A stretch of 64,000 bases of DNA from the IMG/VR virus record IMGVR_UViG_3300023296_001674; one strand, given 5' to 3'. This document shows, piece by piece, positions 1 through 9,764 of this stretch (its first letter is position 1; every line of letters starts with the position of its first letter). The position numbers were made by a program, and so were the translations under genes. Source of the DNA: a virus. The notes under the pieces are model-generated. The model saw only the letters and a list, made by a program, of their open reading frames with translations. It was not told the DNA's origin and ran no database searches.

Positions 1-917
1 TTCACTACTTCAGTGAATTTTTCAAAAAACTCACCCACGGTAATTGCTTCAATTTTAATCATAGAATCCAATCTTCTCGCGGAGTCTTCTAAACTAGCTT
101 CATTTTGAACTATGCATTCCAATGTATATTCCGTACCGCCTTTATTCATTTCAATATCAACTTTTGATGTGCGCAAACTCCAAGTTCGGGTTTGATTTTC
201 TAATGTTACTGTATCACCACCTTCATATGAAGTATCACCACCAGGATTATATCCCTTAAATCTTAAATCTAACCACAATGGAACGCGTTTATGATCAAAT
301 ACCCCAAGTTCTAGTGCAGATTCTCTCATAAAATCCAACATCGAAGAGCCGAATGGTTCAATTATTTTTATAGTAACACTAGTTGCAAAAGAATTTTTTG
401 TTTTCAATGATGGAGATATTATAGTATCTATCGACACGTCAGTTATATATAAACCTGTTGATCCAGTTTCAGCAAGAATTATTATATTTTCTTGCGGTAT
501 GGTTTCAATTGTGGCTCTTTCTGTTGTCATAAATAATCTGAAATTATATGTCATATTATCATATTCAGAAAGAACATTTGGTTTTATTTTCTCTGCCAAT
601 GGATATGGCTCAAATGGCATAGATGTGCCATTATTTAGAGCTTTAAAATTATCCACTGGTACCTTGTTAGTAAATCTAAAATCATCAACGGGCGCAGGTG
701 CTGCCCCTATAGAATTAAAACTATCCACTGGGGCAGATGCCGCACCAACAGAATTAAAGTTATCAACGGGTGCGGGTGCTGCTCCTATAGAATTAAAGTT
801 ATCAACGGGTGCGGGTGCTGCTCCTATAGAATTAAATTCATCAACAGGTGCAGATGCAGCACCAATAGAACTAAAATTTTCAACCGAGGCTGCGCCATTA
901 TCTGATGTATTACCCAT
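1..917 (-). CDS. Baseplate hub-like (gp27-type) structural protein, 3'-truncated by window start; N-terminal 13-aa repeats
   Basis: Not in ORF track (no stop in window). ATG at 917 right after the gp53-like stop; open frame MGNTSDNG...KPNVLSEYDNMTYNFRL...IIEPFGSSMLDF...LWLDLRFKGY...GTEYTLECI. Product call rests on baseplate context. Confidence 0.6.
   Translation of the reverse strand, partial: MGNTSDNGAASVENFSSIGAASAPVDEFNSIGAAPAPVDNFNSIGAAPAPVDNFNSVGAASAPVDSFNSIGAAPAPVDDFRFTNKVPVDNFKALNNGTSMPFEPYPLAEKIKPNVLSEYDNMTYNFRLFMTTERATIETIPQENIIILAETGSTGLYITDVSIDTIISPSLKTKNSFATSVTIKIIEPFGSSMLDFMRESALELGVFDHKRVPLWLDLRFKGYNPGGDTSYEGGDTVTLENQTRTWSLRTSKVDIEMNKGGTEYTLECIVQNEASLEDSARRLDSMIKIEAITVGEFFEKFTEVV
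679..897 (-). repeat. 39-bp coding tandem repeat, ~5.5 copies (VD(N/E/S)FNSIGAA(P/S)AP)
   Basis: Units such as aaagttatcaacgggtgcgggtgctgctcctatagaatt, two identical and adjacent; variation mostly synonymous in the minus-strand frame. Confidence 0.9.
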
Positions 918-918
918 A

Positions 919-1242
919 TTACATTCCTAATAAACTAAAAATACGCTGTTTTGATGGTACATATAAATTCAATCCTGCCACTAATCCATATATAGGATCA
1001 ATTAATTGGTCTGGGTTTCTTATTATAAATATCCACCATAAATCTGGTGTTCCATATAAATTATTGCTTAATAAATCAGGACGTTCGTGAAATTTTGTGC
1101 TTACTTCTATGCCTTCATCGCCATCATCCGCCGTAACATCACGAAATTCCATATATCTCATATACTGAACTAGATCATTTGCTTGTGGTGTTTTAAAATA
1201 CGGAGAAGAATTTTTATATATAGTTGTTGGCATTATATCCAC
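919..1242 (-). CDS. Baseplate wedge protein, T4 gp53-like
   Basis: ERPDLLSNNLYGTPDLWWIF...NP motif typical of gp53/LysM-like wedge proteins. Confidence 0.8.
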   Translation of the reverse strand: MDIMPTTIYKNSSPYFKTPQANDLVQYMRYMEFRDVTADDGDEGIEVSTKFHERPDLLSNNLYGTPDLWWIFIIRNPDQLIDPIYGLVAGLNLYVPSKQRIFSLLGM

Positions 1243-2000
1243 CCACCCTTTTTGATTAATTTACCAGTTCTAAAATCATTAAGATTGAAATTTCTTCTCC
1301 ATCTATTTGGTGAGTTTTGAACCGTCATATTAACAGTAATATTAAATTTGGTTGGTATCCAAGCATCATATGGTTGCGAACTTACCGTTCCGTTAAAACT
1401 ATCAACTTCTGTTGCTACATCGGTATTAACAATTGAACTGTTTATAGCCGATGATCCATTAACCTCAACATAATCAACATCTTGTGGCAGTTCTATCGAA
1501 TAACTAGTTACGATAACTGGAACATTATGAAACATTGCGGTACCATGTGCATTGAATAATAACACAGGTGGCGGTGTGCCGCGCAAATTTTTAGATTCTT
1601 GATCCAATCCACCAATTCCAAAAAACATTTTAGTAATAGTTCTCAAAAAATGTATAGCAGCTAAACAATATAATGCTTCATCTTGATTCATTGCAGTAAA
1701 CTGACCAGAACACATTATTTCTTTTGGTGCTACCGACTTGAATGCCATAAATGGCTGATTGCTATGAACAGGATCATATGAATCATATTGAACTGATGTC
1801 ACATCATTAATAATGGGTGTATAAGGCCACAACAATCCACCCGTTTGATATAATGGTCGCAATATGTTTTCATTATCGCTTAATGATCCATATATTTTAT
1901 CACGAACGCCGGGCTTTGCTGATAGCCTTGCGCGTTTATCACCAAATGATCCAGCACCAGATTGCTGTCCACCTATTGGGGTTTTTTGAATATCCACCAT
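1233..2000 (-). CDS. Baseplate/tail-tube initiator-like protein (gp48/gp54-type)
   Basis: PYTP, PPPVLLFN, NVPVIVTSYSIELPQDVDY pattern of tube-fold baseplate proteins; adjacent to gp53-like gene. Confidence 0.55.
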   Translation of the reverse strand: MVDIQKTPIGGQQSGAGSFGDKRARLSAKPGVRDKIYGSLSDNENILRPLYQTGGLLWPYTPIINDVTSVQYDSYDPVHSNQPFMAFKSVAPKEIMCSGQFTAMNQDEALYCLAAIHFLRTITKMFFGIGGLDQESKNLRGTPPPVLLFNAHGTAMFHNVPVIVTSYSIELPQDVDYVEVNGSSAINSSIVNTDVATEVDSFNGTVSSQPYDAWIPTKFNITVNMTVQNSPNRWRRNFNLNDFRTGKLIKKGGWI

Positions 2001-2069
2001 TGTATTGCTCCATTAATAATATAACAATTATATTTATTTTATAAAATAAAACCTATTATAATAAAACAC

Positions 2070-2134
2070 TTGACTTTTGCTGAAATGCTATTATAATAAA
2101 AGTATTTGACTTTTTTTCAACAAAATGATATAAT
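2070..2134 (+). promoter_or_regulatory. Tandem sigma70-type promoters for the late sigma gene
   Basis: TTGACT-16-TATAAT (2070-2097) and TTGACT-17-TATAAT (2106-2134). Confidence 0.75.
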
Positions 2135-2179
2135 GTTAATTAAATCAACTATTTACCTTTTATATAGGAATATATACCC

Positions 2180-3229
2180 ATGAAAAGAACCACAAATGTA
2201 TATCTAACAAATAAAGAATTATTATCTGAAATACATATATCGAAAATGACCTACACCACAATAGATGATCCAAAATATTACATGTATGATACAATCGTGT
2301 ATGATTTAGATGTATTTATGGATGACGAAGTATGCACATATCATTATGGAACATGGGAAGTGGTGTATATACCCAAACCTAAAACCAAAGATAAAAATAA
2401 AAAGGAAATAGTCGAAGAAGAAATACCAGAAATATTAACTGAAGAAAAATCAAATTTGTGGGCATTTATGAAACATAAAGACGCTCCACATAGAACAATT
2501 ATATCAACAAAACTTCTTAAACCAAAAACTTCCGAAGAATTTATATATGAAGTGAAGCAATCAAAGGCTAAAAAATATAACAAAAAAACTGGTATAATAC
2601 CCAAATTACACGCTGATGATATTTTAACCGGTGATTTGAATATACGATACATGACATATGAGCATATACCATTAGATGAAAATTGGGATGATGAAAAAAT
2701 AAAAAAGAAAGCATCTGATGGATATACAAAACTCAACTTTCCACCATTTAAACTTTATGTGCTTGAGAATGGTGTGCCTAGATGTGTTGGATTAAGTCAT
2801 CATATAGATGATAAGTTCAACCACGAAGACGGGAGAACAACTGAAATGTTAGGTCAAATGTATATGAAACTGGTTGAAAAAATAGGCAAAAAAGGTTCAT
2901 TTAGAAATTATACATACCTCGATGAAATGAAAGCATCAGCATTGGTGCAGTTATCACAAGTTGGATTACTATTCGATGAAGGTAGAAGCCAGAACCCAAA
3001 TCCATTCGCATTTTATACAACTGTTGTCACAAACGTATTCAAACGCATATTAAACAATGAAAAGAAAGTTCGAGATATACGCGATGATTTAATTGAGCAA
3101 GCAGGGCATACTCCTAGCCACTCGCGCCAATCTGAAACCGAATGGGAAAATTATAAAGAGCGATATAATGATAATGACTCAACTTTAATCAAGCAACGCC
3201 GTGAATCGAGAAATAAAAATTTGACATAA
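2180..3229 (+). CDS. Late-transcription sigma factor, T4 gp55-like
   Basis: N-terminal YLTNKELLSEI; FRNYTYLDEM...FDEGRSQNPNPFAFYT motifs of gp55 family; located just upstream of gp47/gp46 as in T4-like phages. Confidence 0.8.
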   Translation: MKRTTNVYLTNKELLSEIHISKMTYTTIDDPKYYMYDTIVYDLDVFMDDEVCTYHYGTWEVVYIPKPKTKDKNKKEIVEEEIPEILTEEKSNLWAFMKHKDAPHRTIISTKLLKPKTSEEFIYEVKQSKAKKYNKKTGIIPKLHADDILTGDLNIRYMTYEHIPLDENWDDEKIKKKASDGYTKLNFPPFKLYVLENGVPRCVGLSHHIDDKFNHEDGRTTEMLGQMYMKLVEKIGKKGSFRNYTYLDEMKASALVQLSQVGLLFDEGRSQNPNPFAFYTTVVTNVFKRILNNEKKVRDIRDDLIEQAGHTPSHSRQSETEWENYKERYNDNDSTLIKQRRESRNKNLT

Positions 3230-3249
3230 CGAACAGCATTTACTATAAT
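3221..3249 (+). promoter_or_regulatory. Sigma70-type promoter for gp47-gp46 operon
   Basis: TTGACA-17-TATAAT perfect consensus. Confidence 0.8.
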
Positions 3250-3278
3250 AAATGAAAATAATACTATAGGAATACTTA

Positions 3279-4307
3279 ATGACAGATCAACTCTTTAAAA
3301 AAGTTGCTTGTTTCACCGATATTCATCTAGGACTTAAAGGCGACTCTGATCAACATCTAGAGGATTGCGCCAATTTTATAACATGGTTCATAGATAAAGC
3401 AAAAGAAAATAATGCAGAAACTTGTATATTTCTTGGTGATTGGCATGACACACGGGCAAAAACAAGCAATAAAACAATGAATGCCAGTTTGAAGAATATC
3501 GAACGACTTGCGGCGGCATTTGATAATTTTTACTTTATAACTGGTAATCATGATTTATTTTATCGTGATAATCGTGAAATAAACTCAGTGGAATTTAGCA
3601 AACTAATCGACAATGTAACAATTATATCTGAACCATTTTTACAGGGTGATGTTTCTATAATGCCTTGGCTTAACGGCGAAGAATGGAAAGATGTTAAAAA
3701 AATAAAAAGCAAATATATGTTTGGGCATTTTGAATTACCTGGCTTTCTCATGAATGCGATGGTAAGAATGCCCGATTCCGGTAATATACATGGTGATCAT
3801 TTCAAACACCAAGATTATGTGTTTAGTGGTCATTTCCATAAAAGACAAAATCAAGGAAAGATTCATTATATAGGTAACACATTTCCACATAATTTTTCAG
3901 ATATAAATGATGACGAACGTGGTATGATGCTCCTCGAATGGGGCGGAAAACCAGAATTTTTAGAATGGTCAGAAGCACCTAATTATAGAAAACTCACATT
4001 AACGCAATTACTTGAAGAACCAGAAAAATGGATTGATAACCGTTCATATGTTAGGGTTGAAATGGATGTAACACCCACATTCGAAGAAATTGTGTACATT
4101 AAAGAAGAAATTAACAATGAATTTAATCCTCGTGAATTGAGTTTAATTTCATTAGCGAATGATGAAGTATTATTAGATTTCGATGGCGATATAAACTTTG
4201 AATCCGTTGATGCGGTTGTCCTTACGCATATTGATGCAATTGATAGTGTTAACATAGATTCTGATTTTCTTAAAACAATTTATATGGGTCTAAACGATGC
4301 AGAATAA
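3279..4307 (+). CDS. Recombination endonuclease subunit, gp47/Mre11/SbcD-like
   Basis: Metallophosphoesterase motifs DIHLG, LGDWHD, GNHD, GHF, SGHFH. Confidence 0.92.
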   Translation: MTDQLFKKVACFTDIHLGLKGDSDQHLEDCANFITWFIDKAKENNAETCIFLGDWHDTRAKTSNKTMNASLKNIERLAAAFDNFYFITGNHDLFYRDNREINSVEFSKLIDNVTIISEPFLQGDVSIMPWLNGEEWKDVKKIKSKYMFGHFELPGFLMNAMVRMPDSGNIHGDHFKHQDYVFSGHFHKRQNQGKIHYIGNTFPHNFSDINDDERGMMLLEWGGKPEFLEWSEAPNYRKLTLTQLLEEPEKWIDNRSYVRVEMDVTPTFEEIVYIKEEINNEFNPRELSLISLANDEVLLDFDGDINFESVDAVVLTHIDAIDSVNIDSDFLKTIYMGLNDAE

Positions 4308-4322
4308 AAAGGAGTATATAAT

Positions 4323-4832
4323 ATGAAAGTTATAAATTTATTCGGTGGGCCATGTACTGGAAAATCTACCATTGCAGCCGGTCTTTTTCATGAAATGAAA
4401 ATGAAAGGATATAATATTGAATTAGTAACAGAATATGCAAAGGATATGACGTGGGAAGAGCGTGGTAACATCCTTGCTGACCCGTTATATATTCTAGCAA
4501 AACAACATCGTAGAATATCAAGGCTGAAAGGCAAGGTTGATTATATTATAACCGATTCCCCATTGCTGTTAGGATTAGCATATATAAGTGATGATTATTA
4601 TAAAAATTGCAAGCCATTATTGCTTGAGATATTTTCATCATATGACAATTATAATTTCATGCTAACACGTCCTGAAACATATAGCGAAATAGGAAGAAAT
4701 CAAACGTTAGAAGAGGCAAAACTAATCGACGACGCTGTTACAAATGTATTAACCGACAACGACGTCGATTATAAACAACTTCCAGTTCCTATGAGTAAAA
4801 TATTGTCAATAGTATTAAGTGAGACAACATAA
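4323..4832 (+). CDS. P-loop NTPase/kinase (NadR/AAA_28-like)
   Basis: INLFGGPCTGKST Walker A; TEYAK and IITDSPL motifs. Confidence 0.75.
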   Translation: MKVINLFGGPCTGKSTIAAGLFHEMKMKGYNIELVTEYAKDMTWEERGNILADPLYILAKQHRRISRLKGKVDYIITDSPLLLGLAYISDDYYKNCKPLLLEIFSSYDNYNFMLTRPETYSEIGRNQTLEEAKLIDDAVTNVLTDNDVDYKQLPVPMSKILSIVLSETT

Positions 4833-6809
4833 ATGCTAAAAATTAAAAATATTACAATAAAAAACTTCATGTCGGTGGGTTCTGTTACTAAATCCATTAC
4901 ACTTGATGAAAATGATTTAACACTGATTTTAGGTGATAACATCGATCAAGGGTCAGATGGAAGTAGAAACGGTGTTGGAAAGTCTGTTATAGTGGATGCA
5001 TTATCGTATGCATTATATAATGCGCCAGTTCGTAGAATATCATTACCAAAACTTATTAACAAAATTAATGACAAAAATATGATTGTTACGGTTGATTTTG
5101 AAAGAGATGACCAACAATACAGAATAGAACGTGGTAAAAAACCAGAAATATTCAAATTTTTTGTTAATGGTATAGATATTGAAAAACCAATCGACAAAAA
5201 AGATAAAGCGGAAGGCGAGAAAAAGAATACACAAGTGGAAATAGTGAAAATCTTTGGTATGTCGCACTTATTATTCAAGCATATTCTTGCATTGTATAGC
5301 AAAACTATTCCATTCATAGATGAAGGATCAGCAGTTCAACGAACAATTATCGAAGAATTATTGGGTATAACGCAATTAAGTGAAAAAGCGGCTATTTTAA
5401 GTAGCAACATGAAAGATACAAAAACTGAAATAGACCGTGAAGAATTTAGACATAAACTTGTAAATGATTCAAATATACAAATACAACAAAACATCAATCA
5501 ATTTACAATCAAATCAACCGGATGGGATACTACCCATGCAGAAAGTTTAGCTAAATTTGAAAAAAATCTAGAAAAAATGCTTGAAATTGATATAGATGTA
5601 GAAATTCAAAAACATCTTGATAATGAAGAACGACAAAATAAAATCAAAACTATAACTGAATCCAATCGTGATAAACAATTGGTTATAGATGAACAAAATC
5701 GTGATATACAAAAAAAGCATGATGACAATAAACGCGAACAAACCGATCTACATAGCCAAATGACGCGTGACTATAACGAAGTTGTGGGTATATTATCAAC
5801 GACTGAAAAGACGCTTGTTGATATTACATCCTCTGAAAAAACACTTATATCTAATAATGAGCATCTTGTAAAACATGCATGTCCAGAATGTGGTCAAGAT
5901 ATACATGACGACAAACACGATGATATGGTTAAGAAAAACGAAAACGAAATCGAACTTATATCATCTAAAAAAGACGTATGTGTAAATGATATAACTGCGA
6001 TAAAATCGATTATAGTAGAAAAAGAAACATTAGTTCGAGAACAATTGGCATTAATTGATGGCATAACTGCGCCAGTTCTAATGGAAAACGACGAGATGGA
6101 ACCGGTGCCGGTATTAGAACGACCTAACTTAAATTATGATACAATACACGAAGCATATGAACATAAAACTAATTTTGATAATTTGGTGACCACATATGAA
6201 AAAGAAGTAACCAATGAAAATCCATATATTGAACAAATCCAAACTATAACTGATAGCATTAAAGAAATCGATTACGAAATGATTAATGAATTGGTTAATT
6301 TATATAATCATCAAGATTTTCTATTAAAATTGCTAACTCGCAAAGATTCTAATATAAGAATACAGATAATAGAACAAAATTTGACATTCTTGAATAGTCG
6401 GCTTGATCATTATTGCAAAGAACTTGGTTTACCACATCAAGTATATTTCGGCGGAGACTTGAATGTTGATATTATAAAAACTGGTAATTCATATGATGCT
6501 GGTAATTTATCTGGTGGTGAAGTAACCAGATTGGTGTTGGCTTTCAGTTTTGCGTTCAGAGATGTACACGAAGCTTTAAATTTTCCAGTAAATATTATGT
6601 TCGTGGATGAATTAATAGATTCTGGAATGGATTCAAAAGGTGCGGAACTGGCATTGCATATTTTAAAAAATATATCAAGAAATAATAATAAAAATATATA
6701 CTTGATAAGCCATCGTGAAGATTTTATACCACGTGTATCCAATGTTCTTATGGTTACTTTCAACAATAATTTCACTGATTATAATTACGAAATAGACGTT
6801 CAGCCTTAA
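4833..6809 (+). CDS. Recombination ATPase, gp46/Rad50/SbcC-like
   Basis: KNFMS, Walker A NGVGKS, coiled coil with CPEC zinc hook, LSGGE signature, Walker B FVDE, ISH. Confidence 0.93.
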   Translation: MLKIKNITIKNFMSVGSVTKSITLDENDLTLILGDNIDQGSDGSRNGVGKSVIVDALSYALYNAPVRRISLPKLINKINDKNMIVTVDFERDDQQYRIERGKKPEIFKFFVNGIDIEKPIDKKDKAEGEKKNTQVEIVKIFGMSHLLFKHILALYSKTIPFIDEGSAVQRTIIEELLGITQLSEKAAILSSNMKDTKTEIDREEFRHKLVNDSNIQIQQNINQFTIKSTGWDTTHAESLAKFEKNLEKMLEIDIDVEIQKHLDNEERQNKIKTITESNRDKQLVIDEQNRDIQKKHDDNKREQTDLHSQMTRDYNEVVGILSTTEKTLVDITSSEKTLISNNEHLVKHACPECGQDIHDDKHDDMVKKNENEIELISSKKDVCVNDITAIKSIIVEKETLVREQLALIDGITAPVLMENDEMEPVPVLERPNLNYDTIHEAYEHKTNFDNLVTTYEKEVTNENPYIEQIQTITDSIKEIDYEMINELVNLYNHQDFLLKLLTRKDSNIRIQIIEQNLTFLNSRLDHYCKELGLPHQVYFGGDLNVDIIKTGNSYDAGNLSGGEVTRLVLAFSFAFRDVHEALNFPVNIMFVDELIDSGMDSKGAELALHILKNISRNNNKNIYLISHREDFIPRVSNVLMVTFNNNFTDYNYEIDVQP

Positions 6810-6837
6810 TTAATAAAACAAATATATAGGATTAAAT

Positions 6838-7242
6838 ATGGTAAGTGGTAGAAAATCAACAAAAGAAGAAATTATAATTTTATTCGAAAGTATACATGGA
6901 AACAAATATGATTATTCAAAAATTGATTATATAGGATCACATAATAAAATAGAAATTATTTGTAAAAAACATGGTTCATTTTTACAAAGCCCTAATAATC
7001 ATTCACATGGTAGCGGATGTCCAACCTGTGGGGCGACTAAAACTTTTGATAATTTTTTAAAAGATGCTAGAAATAAACACGGTAATAAGTATGACTATTC
7101 TAAAGTTGTATATATCAATGCACACACAAAAGTGGAAATAATATGCCCAAAACATGGATCATTTTTTCAAATACCAAATAGTCATATAAGATATGATTGT
7201 ATCAAATGCGGTCATGATAAAAATAGAAAAAATGATAAATAG
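6838..7242 (+). CDS. Zn-binding repeat protein (HGxKYDYS/CxxHG repeats), probable truncated homing-endonuclease remnant
   Basis: Two HGNKYDYSK...IIC(K/P)KHGSFxQxPxxH...CxxC repeats; no nuclease domain follows. Confidence 0.65.
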   Translation: MVSGRKSTKEEIIILFESIHGNKYDYSKIDYIGSHNKIEIICKKHGSFLQSPNNHSHGSGCPTCGATKTFDNFLKDARNKHGNKYDYSKVVYINAHTKVEIICPKHGSFFQIPNSHIRYDCIKCGHDKNRKNDK

Positions 7243-7272
7243 ATATAGCAACTGCTTATAAGGATAATTATT

Positions 7273-8130
7273 ATGTCTGATAACATATATTATGTCTATG
7301 CATTAATAGACCCAAGAAACAATAAACCATTTTATATCGGTAAAGGGAAAGAAAAAAGATGTTTCACGCATCTATCTGAAAATAAAGAACGCACCGATAA
7401 TATATATAAATGGAACACTATTCAAAAAATATATAAATTGGGGTTAGAACCAACTATTAAATTTTTTGAACGTGATATAAGCGAAAATGATGCTTATGAT
7501 ATCGAGGAAGAATTAATTAAACATTATGGACGGAAAAGATTTGATAAAAATGGAATTTTAACAAATTTATGTTTGGGTGCTCGACCTCCAGTTAACAATA
7601 GAGGATGTGTGGCGATATCTGGTTTATCATTTGATGAATATTATGGAAAAGAAAAAGCAGATAAAATAAGAAAGAAAATGAGTGATAGCGTAAAAGGTGA
7701 GAAAAACAGATTTTATGGAAAAACACATACAATAACAAATAAATTAAAATTCGCAACGAATGCAAGCAAACAATGGAAAGGAGTGTCAAAAACAGAAAGT
7801 CATTTAAAAAATTTAAAAAAAACTTATACACCAAAACGCCGAGAAAAATTACGTCAAAATCGCATCATAATGAATAAAAAATTAAACACTCCTGAAATGA
7901 TAGATAAATTACGATTGCGCAATATTAACCATGGTCGTGAAAAAACCAAACAAACAATTATCAACAATTTAATATTTTATCAAAATACAATCAATGATTT
8001 AAATAATGGATTAACCCCGAAAGATATAAAACATAAAAATAATTTTTCACATTCTGTATATTCTAAAATCTGGATGATAAATAAAAATATAACCTATTAT
8101 AATGATTTAATAGATGAAATAAATGGATGA
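7273..8130 (+). CDS. GIY-YIG homing endonuclease with NUMOD3-like DNA-binding region
   Basis: YYVYALIDPRNNKPFYIGKG...R...E...LTN; KMSDSVKGEKNRFYGKTH. Confidence 0.85.
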   Translation: MSDNIYYVYALIDPRNNKPFYIGKGKEKRCFTHLSENKERTDNIYKWNTIQKIYKLGLEPTIKFFERDISENDAYDIEEELIKHYGRKRFDKNGILTNLCLGARPPVNNRGCVAISGLSFDEYYGKEKADKIRKKMSDSVKGEKNRFYGKTHTITNKLKFATNASKQWKGVSKTESHLKNLKKTYTPKRREKLRQNRIIMNKKLNTPEMIDKLRLRNINHGREKTKQTIINNLIFYQNTINDLNNGLTPKDIKHKNNFSHSVYSKIWMINKNITYYNDLIDEING

Positions 8131-8135
8131 AATAA

Positions 8136-8750
8136 ATGGCTGGAAGTAAATCTGCAAGATATGGAAAGAATTTTGAGTATGAGGTGCGTGATCTATTACG
8201 TGATGCAACCGGAATTACATCTTTTGAACGAACGCCACAATCGGGCGCATGGATTGGAAAATCCAATATATATAAAGCAAAAACTGCTCGTGCTGATATG
8301 GTTGACATAATGGCTGGCGATATTGTAACTCCTAAAGGATGGAGATGGGTGATAGAAAATAAAAATCATGAAGACATAAGTGTCCATCAACTATATTTCG
8401 GCGAAGAATGTAAACAAATAGACGAATTCTTAGGACAAATATGCGATGATGCCATAACTACCAATAAAGAACCGCTATTAATATTTAAATTAAGGAAGAA
8501 ACCATATTCATTTAAGAAAAAATTTACAGATTTATTAAAATCAGCAAAAATACCAACACCTAAAGTAAATTCAATAACAACTGGTATCATGGTAGCCGAA
8601 ATAGCCGAACATTGTGAGGATATATCAAAAATAAACCATATATTCTATACAAAAAAATTAGAAGATGGAACTGAACAATCATGGAGATTTTTCGATTTTG
8701 CTACATGGTTAACGGTAATAAAAGATAGACAATTCAAAGAACAAAAATAA
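8136..8750 (+). CDS. Holliday junction resolvase (PD-(D/E)XK, Hjc-like)
   Basis: GKNFEYEV, RTPQSGAW, GDIVTP...IENK motif. Confidence 0.75.
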   Translation: MAGSKSARYGKNFEYEVRDLLRDATGITSFERTPQSGAWIGKSNIYKAKTARADMVDIMAGDIVTPKGWRWVIENKNHEDISVHQLYFGEECKQIDEFLGQICDDAITTNKEPLLIFKLRKKPYSFKKKFTDLLKSAKIPTPKVNSITTGIMVAEIAEHCEDISKINHIFYTKKLEDGTEQSWRFFDFATWLTVIKDRQFKEQK

Positions 8751-8752
8751 TA

Positions 8753-8781
8753 TTGACAAGTATTACAATATTATATATTAT
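8753..8781 (+). promoter_or_regulatory. Sigma70-type promoter for the 8806 ORF and possibly the downstream non-coding element
   Basis: TTGACA-17-TATTAT. Confidence 0.7.
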
Positions 8782-8805
8782 AAACAAAATTAACAAGGTC
8801 ATTAA

Positions 8806-9666
8806 ATGTCACCACAACCAAAATATAATCACTTAAAAGAAATGTCAAGCCGTGGCATTGATAGAAAGCAACAAAAACAAAAAAACTATGCAAACCATAG
8901 AGATATTCTACCAACACCGCCGCAGAAAAATGCATTAAAAAGTTTATTTGTGGAAGAAATGAAATTTTATAACAATTTCATTAAATTAATGCAACCGAGA
9001 TTAAAGACATCACCATCATTTTATGAAAATATAGGTGAAAGACAAAAATTGTTATTTGTTAAATTGGCGCAGATTGGTTTTAATGTGCGAGATATAACAA
9101 ATAGAAAAAGCAAAAACGTTGTATTACCTAAATCATTAGAACAATATCGCGATATATTATTTGGTATAACCGGTGATAAAGAAGTGGGATTAAATGAAAC
9201 ACTTGCGGTATTCTACGAAATATGTAAACATCGGGCCATTGTGTTATCAGACACCCGAAAAAATATGGCATATGAATTTTTAAATTTTTATATCAAACAA
9301 ACTAGATCGCATGATAATATGTACACACTTGAAGAAGTTGATAAAATGCAAAAACGGCATATACAATTAGCTAAATCGCAAGTAACGATGTCATTGGTTC
9401 GTACCGCAACTGAATTCGGAGATGAAACTCACACTGAGATAAAAATCCCACAGTTGAAAACACCATTGATCATGGATGCAGATTATAATGACTTACAATC
9501 ATGGAATATCATGATTATACATAAAGACCCATCGCAACTCGATTTAGGAAATACAAACCTTAATTGGGAAGTTGATTTTAGACAAACAGAAGACAAATAC
9601 TTACTCAAATACGTAGAAACGCCTAACCCAATTGCTAAGATGAATAGCAGATTTATAAAGAAATAA
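8806..9666 (+). CDS. Putative TnpB-derived (WED/REC-only, RuvC-less) nucleic-acid-binding protein
   Basis: RDILPTPPQKNALKSLF...FYNNFI resembles the TnpB N-terminus; EIKIPQLK...WNIMIIHKD...WEVDF resembles TnpB WED strands; no RuvC DxG or Zn finger. By-eye match only. Confidence 0.5.
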   Translation: MSPQPKYNHLKEMSSRGIDRKQQKQKNYANHRDILPTPPQKNALKSLFVEEMKFYNNFIKLMQPRLKTSPSFYENIGERQKLLFVKLAQIGFNVRDITNRKSKNVVLPKSLEQYRDILFGITGDKEVGLNETLAVFYEICKHRAIVLSDTRKNMAYEFLNFYIKQTRSHDNMYTLEEVDKMQKRHIQLAKSQVTMSLVRTATEFGDETHTEIKIPQLKTPLIMDADYNDLQSWNIMIIHKDPSQLDLGNTNLNWEVDFRQTEDKYLLKYVETPNPIAKMNSRFIKK

Positions 9667-9764
9667 TTAACTAACACATATACAAATACATATACAAACA
9701 TCATAGATGAACAATAATCTAATACATATACTAACACAGAACCCTTACACATACATGCTATAAT

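Noticed and set aside
679-897. 39-bp repeats as a CRISPR array
   Set aside because: Head-to-tail with no spacers, length divisible by 3, synonymous-type variation
499-930. 143-aa + strand ORF with LKLSTGAGAAPIE repeats
   Set aside because: Antisense shadow of the minus-strand baseplate gene (ATG 917), which continues the gp53-like operon
8806-9666. Active IS200/IS605 element
   Set aside because: No TnpA, no RuvC motifs, no recognisable IS ends
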